In this document: positions 5,869 to 9,756 of the stretch, piece by piece | How the letters are laid out: each line of letters begins with the position of its first letter | How positions within the stretch are numbered: the first letter of the stretch is position 1 | NCBI GenBank assembly: GCA_964432865.1 | Contig: CAYSOY010000002.1 | Coordinates: 17,847-29,014 of the forward strand | DNA from: an uncultured Methanosarcinales archaeon | GTDB taxonomy: Archaea; Nanobdellota; Nanobdellia; Woesearchaeales; UBA525 | DNA: 11,168 nucleotides | Direction of reading: 5' to 3' | The notes under the pieces: model-generated | What the model was told of the DNA's origin: nothing | The model's input: the letters and a program-made list of their open reading frames with translations, nothing else | Databases searched by the model: none | Program-made: the position numbers and the translations under genes

Positions 5869-5876
5869 TTAAATAA
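5869..5876 (-). promoter_or_regulatory. TATA box (TTATTTAA, minus sense) for the RDD gene
   Basis: A 24-nt gap to ATG 5844, the same geometry as the TTTATAAA promoters. Confidence 0.45.
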
Positions 5877-5939
5877 GTTTTTCTCTCACTTCTCTACTCT
5901 GCAAGTTATTCGTGGAAAATTATAATTAGAGTTAATACA

Positions 5940-5976
5940 ATTAGATTTAAAATTAAATTTAAGATTAGATTTAAAA
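5940..5976. repeat. 13-nt direct repeat ATTAGATTTAAAA (two copies, 24-nt period)
   Basis: Positions 5940-5952 and 5964-5976 are identical. The repeat sits between the permease-fusion stop (5985) and the RDD promoter. Confidence 0.7.
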
Positions 5977-5984
5977 CTACAGGA

Positions 5985-7907
5985 TTATATATAAGGGACG
6001 TCTTCGGACTTCTTCCTTCCGTAAATGAACAAGTAGTTCCAGAACCAGCCATTTATCTTGCTGACCTCGACAGAAAAGCCGTTTTCTCTAAAAATTTCTT
6101 CGATCTTCTCTGGTTTAGAGAGCCAGCCGGCGTTGGGGAGGAACTTGAAATAGTCGGTGTACTCCAAAAAACATATCTCTCCTTCGGGCGGGAGTATCTC
6201 GTTCAAGTCGGAGACAATCTTCTCGAACTCTTGGATGTAACTGATGTTACCTACGGAGAAAACAGCATCTATCTCCATGTTCTTCAGCCTGGGATGAATC
6301 CGGTTCACCTGGTGTGGGTCGTGGAGCAGAGAGACGTGTTCATGCCCCTCTTCCTTTAACCTATCCTCAAGAAGAGAGAGGCTCTTCTCGCTCAAATCCG
6401 TCGCAATTATCTCGCCCTCAGCACCGACCTCCTCGGCAAGGTGCATAGTAAAAGTTCCTACGCCGGAGCCGAACTCAAGCACGGTCTTCCCCTCCAAGTC
6501 GTCAAGGGCAAGCACCAACTCCTCTCTCAAACTGACAGGTAGGAGGAAGTCCTCCATCCAGATAGAGAGGCGGGAGAAGAGAGCGTTAAACTTCATTATC
6601 GCCTCGGGGTTGTAGTAGAAAGAGAGCAGAAAGTATATCGGGATTCCCACGATGACGAAAGATACTCCCAGCCGGGCTATTGTGAAAGCCCCGTGGATGT
6701 TGAAAAGCCAGTAACCGATTAAAGAAAAGAGTATTATAACCGTGGCTATAGGCCCTACCTTGCCGAAAGGTGCGGTGTAGAATCTCTCAAGGTCTGGCTT
6801 CTTATACCTCAGGACAGTAACGCTTAGTATCGTGAAGGAGTAGATTACCAGTACCAGAGGGAGCAGTATCTCAAGGAGTGTCTCGTACGAGCCAGACCCC
6901 ACCACTACCAGTATACTGGTCAGCACGGTCTGGAAGAGAATCGCTATGTAAGGAGTTTTCTTCTCAGGGTGTATCCTCGCACACTGGCTTAGGAAGAGTT
7001 TATCTTCTGCCAGCGCCAGTATCAGACGGGGACCTGCCACCACCCATCCAGCGACACTTCCGATGATAGAGAGGTAGACAAGAAGTGTGAACACCGTCCC
7101 GCCGACGGAGCCATAGAATAACTTCGAAAGATCGGTGAGAGGAGTTAAAGAACTGCCAAATACCTCTGGCTTTATAGAGCCCAGAGACACAAGTACAAAA
7201 GATATGCAGATTAGAGCTATCAGCACCGTGCCGTAGACAAGGGCTTTTGGAAGGACTTTCCGAGGGTTTTTTGTCTCCTCCGCGAGGAAAGTCGCCGTCT
7301 CCCAGCCAAAGAAAGTCTCTGCTATGAAGAATATCCCTATGAACACCAGAGAAGTCGTGGCAAAAAAGTTGTCTTTGACCAAAGGGAGGATGTTTGAAAG
7401 TTGAAAATGGAAGATACCCGGAATTATCAGACCGAAAATAGAAGTCAAGGTTATTATGGAGAACGCGACCAGCATCACAGCGCTTGTCTTCATCCCCTCG
7501 TAAGCCATCAGGTTGAACGCTAGTATGAATCCCAGACTTATCCCGATCTTGGCAAAGTACGGCAGGGAAGGGTTGAGGTATCTGACCGCTCCGACCACGA
7601 GCATTGCTATGGTCACATTACCCGCTATAAGAGTCATCCAGCCTATTACAAATGAGGTGAAACTGCCGTACGCCTGCTTGCAGAACTCGTAGATACCGCC
7701 TGCTTTAGGGAACATACTTGAGAGTTCGCCAAAACACGTGGCGATGTATATGGAAATCAAGGATAGTACGATCCAGGAGATTATAGAAGCGGCGCCTGCA
7801 ACCTTGGCCCCCACCGCCGGCAGGAAGAATATTCCTGTGCCCATTATAGAGTTTATGGTTATCAGCAGGATTACTGGAAAACTCAGACTTCTCTCTAACT
7901 TGCCCAT
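5985..7907 (-). CDS. APC-superfamily amino-acid/polyamine permease fused to a C-terminal class I SAM-dependent methyltransferase domain (640 aa)
   Basis: The N-terminal ~432 aa have about 12 hydrophobic segments and APC hallmarks (INSIMGTGIFFLPAVGA, GELSSMFPKAGGIYEFCKQAYG). The C-terminal ~200 aa (5988-6596) carry methyltransferase motif I VLEFGSGVGTF, an acidic residue after strand 2 (IIATDLS), IDAVFSVGNISYI and LPPEGEICFLEY. ATG 7907 has TTTATAAA 25 nt upstream. Confidence 0.85.
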   Translation of the reverse strand: MGKLERSLSFPVILLITINSIMGTGIFFLPAVGAKVAGAASIISWIVLSLISIYIATCFGELSSMFPKAGGIYEFCKQAYGSFTSFVIGWMTLIAGNVTIAMLVVGAVRYLNPSLPYFAKIGISLGFILAFNLMAYEGMKTSAVMLVAFSIITLTSIFGLIIPGIFHFQLSNILPLVKDNFFATTSLVFIGIFFIAETFFGWETATFLAEETKNPRKVLPKALVYGTVLIALICISFVLVSLGSIKPEVFGSSLTPLTDLSKLFYGSVGGTVFTLLVYLSIIGSVAGWVVAGPRLILALAEDKLFLSQCARIHPEKKTPYIAILFQTVLTSILVVVGSGSYETLLEILLPLVLVIYSFTILSVTVLRYKKPDLERFYTAPFGKVGPIATVIILFSLIGYWLFNIHGAFTIARLGVSFVIVGIPIYFLLSFYYNPEAIMKFNALFSRLSIWMEDFLLPVSLREELVLALDDLEGKTVLEFGSGVGTFTMHLAEEVGAEGEIIATDLSEKSLSLLEDRLKEEGHEHVSLLHDPHQVNRIHPRLKNMEIDAVFSVGNISYIQEFEKIVSDLNEILPPEGEICFLEYTDYFKFLPNAGWLSKPEKIEEIFRENGFSVEVSKINGWFWNYLFIYGRKKSEDVPYI

Positions 7908-7932
7908 TTTCCTTTAATAACAACAAGAAGTA

Positions 7933-7940
7933 TTTATAAA
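7933..7940 (-). promoter_or_regulatory. TATA box (TTTATAAA) for the permease-methyltransferase gene
   Basis: Perfect octamer with a 25-nt gap to ATG 7907 and no SD. Confidence 0.55.
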
Positions 7941-7966
7941 TTATTTGTTCTTGAGATTTAATATTG

Positions 7967-8018
7967 ATTATTTAACATAATTAATTTTAATTATTTAACT
8001 TAATTACTCTTAATTACC
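7967..8018. repeat. AT-rich short direct repeats (ATTATTTAAC x2; CTTAATTAC x2)
   Basis: ATTATTTAAC occurs at 7967-7976 and 7990-7999. CTTAATTAC occurs at 7999-8007 and 8009-8017. All lie in the spacer between the uS7 stop and the permease promoter. Confidence 0.6.
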
Positions 8019-8042
8019 CTTATTATCGATTATAAATTATAA

Positions 8043-8642
8043 TTATCTGCTGGAGTCTGCCTGCCTCTCGGTCTGAAGTTTTTTAGAGATTACTCTGGCA
8101 CTCTTGTCTTTGTTATACGCAGATATTATCTCCTCTGCCAAAGCGTCGGAGGCGCTCTTTTTAGAATTGAAAGACTTGTCGTGGGCTCCGTGGACCAGCA
8201 ACTTTACAGAGAGATCGACTCTTCTCTGAGGAGCAGACTCTATCGCTTTTGGATACCTCGCCCCTCCGTACTCGATGGTTATTATCTCCTCTCTGGGCGC
8301 GCCGTTCTCAACGGCTCTCACAAGCACCTCTACAGGGTTCTTCCCGAGTTTCTCCTCTACGTATTCGAGTGCGTTTTCAACTATCCTGTACGCCTTCCCT
8401 GCCTTGCCAGTATTGTGGCCGGATGTGACTGTGTGCTTGTCCGCCCGGTGGCCCGGTACCATAACCTTGTTTATCAGACGCTCCACCAGGTGTACTTCCG
8501 ACTTGTGGAACCTGCTGTCGGCGTAGCGGGCGCCCGACCTCGGAACTACGACGGGGTGGAGAGATATGTACCTCTTCAAACCCTCATCTTTAACCTCTAT
8601 ATCCTCGGTAGGCCACTTGTTGAAAATCTTTACTTCTGTCAT
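8043..8642 (-). CDS. rps7: 30S ribosomal protein S7 (uS7), archaeal type
   Basis: The product has an archaeal/eukaryotic-type N-terminal extension (MTEVKIFNKWPTEDIEVKDEGLKRYISL). Conserved blocks are HLVERLINKVM, NTGKAGKAYRIVENALEYV, KNPVEVLVRAVENGAPREE, QRRVDLSVKLL and the C-terminal ERQADSSR. ATG 8642 has TTTATAAA 23 nt upstream. Confidence 0.95.
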   Translation of the reverse strand: MTEVKIFNKWPTEDIEVKDEGLKRYISLHPVVVPRSGARYADSRFHKSEVHLVERLINKVMVPGHRADKHTVTSGHNTGKAGKAYRIVENALEYVEEKLGKNPVEVLVRAVENGAPREEIITIEYGGARYPKAIESAPQRRVDLSVKLLVHGAHDKSFNSKKSASDALAEEIISAYNKDKSARVISKKLQTERQADSSR

Positions 8643-8665
8643 AGAAAAGAAGGAATTAGGAGGGG

Positions 8666-8673
8666 TTTATAAA
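8666..8673 (-). promoter_or_regulatory. TATA box (TTTATAAA) for rps7
   Basis: Perfect octamer with a 23-nt gap to ATG 8642, implying a leaderless transcript. Confidence 0.55.
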
Positions 8674-8770
8674 TATTATGTTGTAATATGGTTATAATCG
8701 TTATAGTTATATATCGTATCTCTATCTTGTAAGGTGTTCTGTGTTCTATTTTGCTTTCCATATCCATAAG

Positions 8771-8802
8771 AATTTCTCTTAACAACATAATTTCTCTTAA
8801 CA
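8771..8802. repeat. Perfect 14-nt direct repeat AATTTCTCTTAACA (two copies, 18-nt period)
   Basis: Positions 8771-8784 and 8789-8802 are identical. The second copy ends at the base before the TGA stop (8803-8805) of the PP-loop gene. Confidence 0.8.
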
Positions 8803-9726
8803 TCAATTAATACTATCCTTAATACTATTCAAGTATTCCTTCTTGTACTTGTACCCTGCTCTCTTCGCCAGTTTCGAAATGGCAGAGTCTGTTCTGCTTC
8901 CGTACTGCGCGGCTCTCTTCTTCCTCCAGGCAAACTCTTCTTCGAGTCCGAGAAGAACTGCTGCTTCTCGCAACACAACTTTCTTCCTCTCATCGCTCAT
9001 CTTCTTCTCAGGAGGAGACCTCATAGCAGTTGAGATTACTTCCCCCGCCAAGAAAGGAAGGGAAGGCGTCAAGTCGTAGCGGGTCAGGAGAGGTATCTCT
9101 CTTGCTAAATCCTTCACGTAGAGTTTCCTCAAGCCGTCCCAGCACTCCGCTTGCAGGTCTTCTGCGTTGTCGTGCCTCCGATACCCTGCGAATATCTCTT
9201 CAGAGCCGAGTCCTGAAAAAACCTTGTCTATCGAACTCTCTTTCAATAGTTCAAAAACCGCTGTTTCCACCATCCCCACACCTATGTTTACTATGTCCTG
9301 CCTTCCTCCTTGGTATCCGAGTTCAGAAACCGTCCTCTCAGCAAGTTTTTCTGCTTTCTCAAACCCCATCATCACTGTTTCCTGCGAGAAACCCAACTTC
9401 TCAGCCACCCTCTCTGCCCAGACGACGTCACCCGGCATCTTGGTCTTCTCCTCTTTAAAACCGACGGTGTAGCAGGTAAAATTTATTCCTTTCTCATTGA
9501 GAATCAGCGCTATAAGAGTGGAGTCTACTCCTCCGGAGAACATAACCGCGACTTCTTCTTCCTCGCCGACGTTCTTCCCTACTGTTCTTTTTAGAACGCC
9601 AGATATCTTCTCAGCAGGGTTGCTTAAAGGTTTCTTCTTCTGGACCTCTTCTTTGAGTTTGAGAATTTCTTCTTCCCACTCCTCTTTTCTGAGAGACCTG
9701 CCTTTCTCTATAATAAGGTCTTCCAT
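8803..9726 (-). CDS. Asparagine-synthase-like PP-loop ATP pyrophosphatase lacking the N-terminal glutaminase domain (307 aa)
   Basis: The PP-loop is VAVMFSGGVDSTLIALIL. The AsnB C-domain-like motif is FSGLGSEEIFAGYRRH (compare SGEGADELFGGY). Other matching segments are TCYTVGF...VWAERVAEKLG, LPFLAGEVISTAMRSPPEKK and the C-terminal WRKKRAAQYGS. There is no MCG-type Ntn glutaminase N-terminus. ATG 9726 is preceded by GGAGGG (9741->9736) with a 9-nt spacer, 30 nt after the upstream stop. Confidence 0.7.
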   Translation of the reverse strand: MEDLIIEKGRSLRKEEWEEEILKLKEEVQKKKPLSNPAEKISGVLKRTVGKNVGEEEEVAVMFSGGVDSTLIALILNEKGINFTCYTVGFKEEKTKMPGDVVWAERVAEKLGFSQETVMMGFEKAEKLAERTVSELGYQGGRQDIVNIGVGMVETAVFELLKESSIDKVFSGLGSEEIFAGYRRHDNAEDLQAECWDGLRKLYVKDLAREIPLLTRYDLTPSLPFLAGEVISTAMRSPPEKKMSDERKKVVLREAAVLLGLEEEFAWRKKRAAQYGSRTDSAISKLAKRAGYKYKKEYLNSIKDSIN

Positions 9727-9756
9727 GGAAACATTCCCTCCTTTCAGTAAAGTTTT

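Noticed and set aside
8181-8672. 163-aa and 83-aa plus-strand ORFs antisense to rps7
   Set aside because: The minus frame is a highly conserved ribosomal protein. The antisense ORFs have non-ATG starts and no recognisable features.
5326-8802. Whether the short direct repeats (5326-5361, 5940-5976, 7967-8018, 8771-8802) are CRISPR arrays or mobile-element termini
   Set aside because: There are only two copies each, units are 9-14 nt (far shorter than CRISPR repeats) and there are no regular ~30-40-nt spacers. I see no cas, transposase or integrase genes. The repeat sequences are unrelated to each other, so they cannot be paired element ends.
8803-9726. Alternative identities for the PP-loop protein (LarE, QueC, NAD synthetase, tRNA thiolase)
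   Set aside because: The SGLGSEEIFAGY motif and overall block order match the asparagine-synthase C-domain better than those families, as far as I can judge by eye. I see no Cys-rich Zn or Fe-S motifs typical of QueC or the thiolases. It remains a family-level call pending profile searches.
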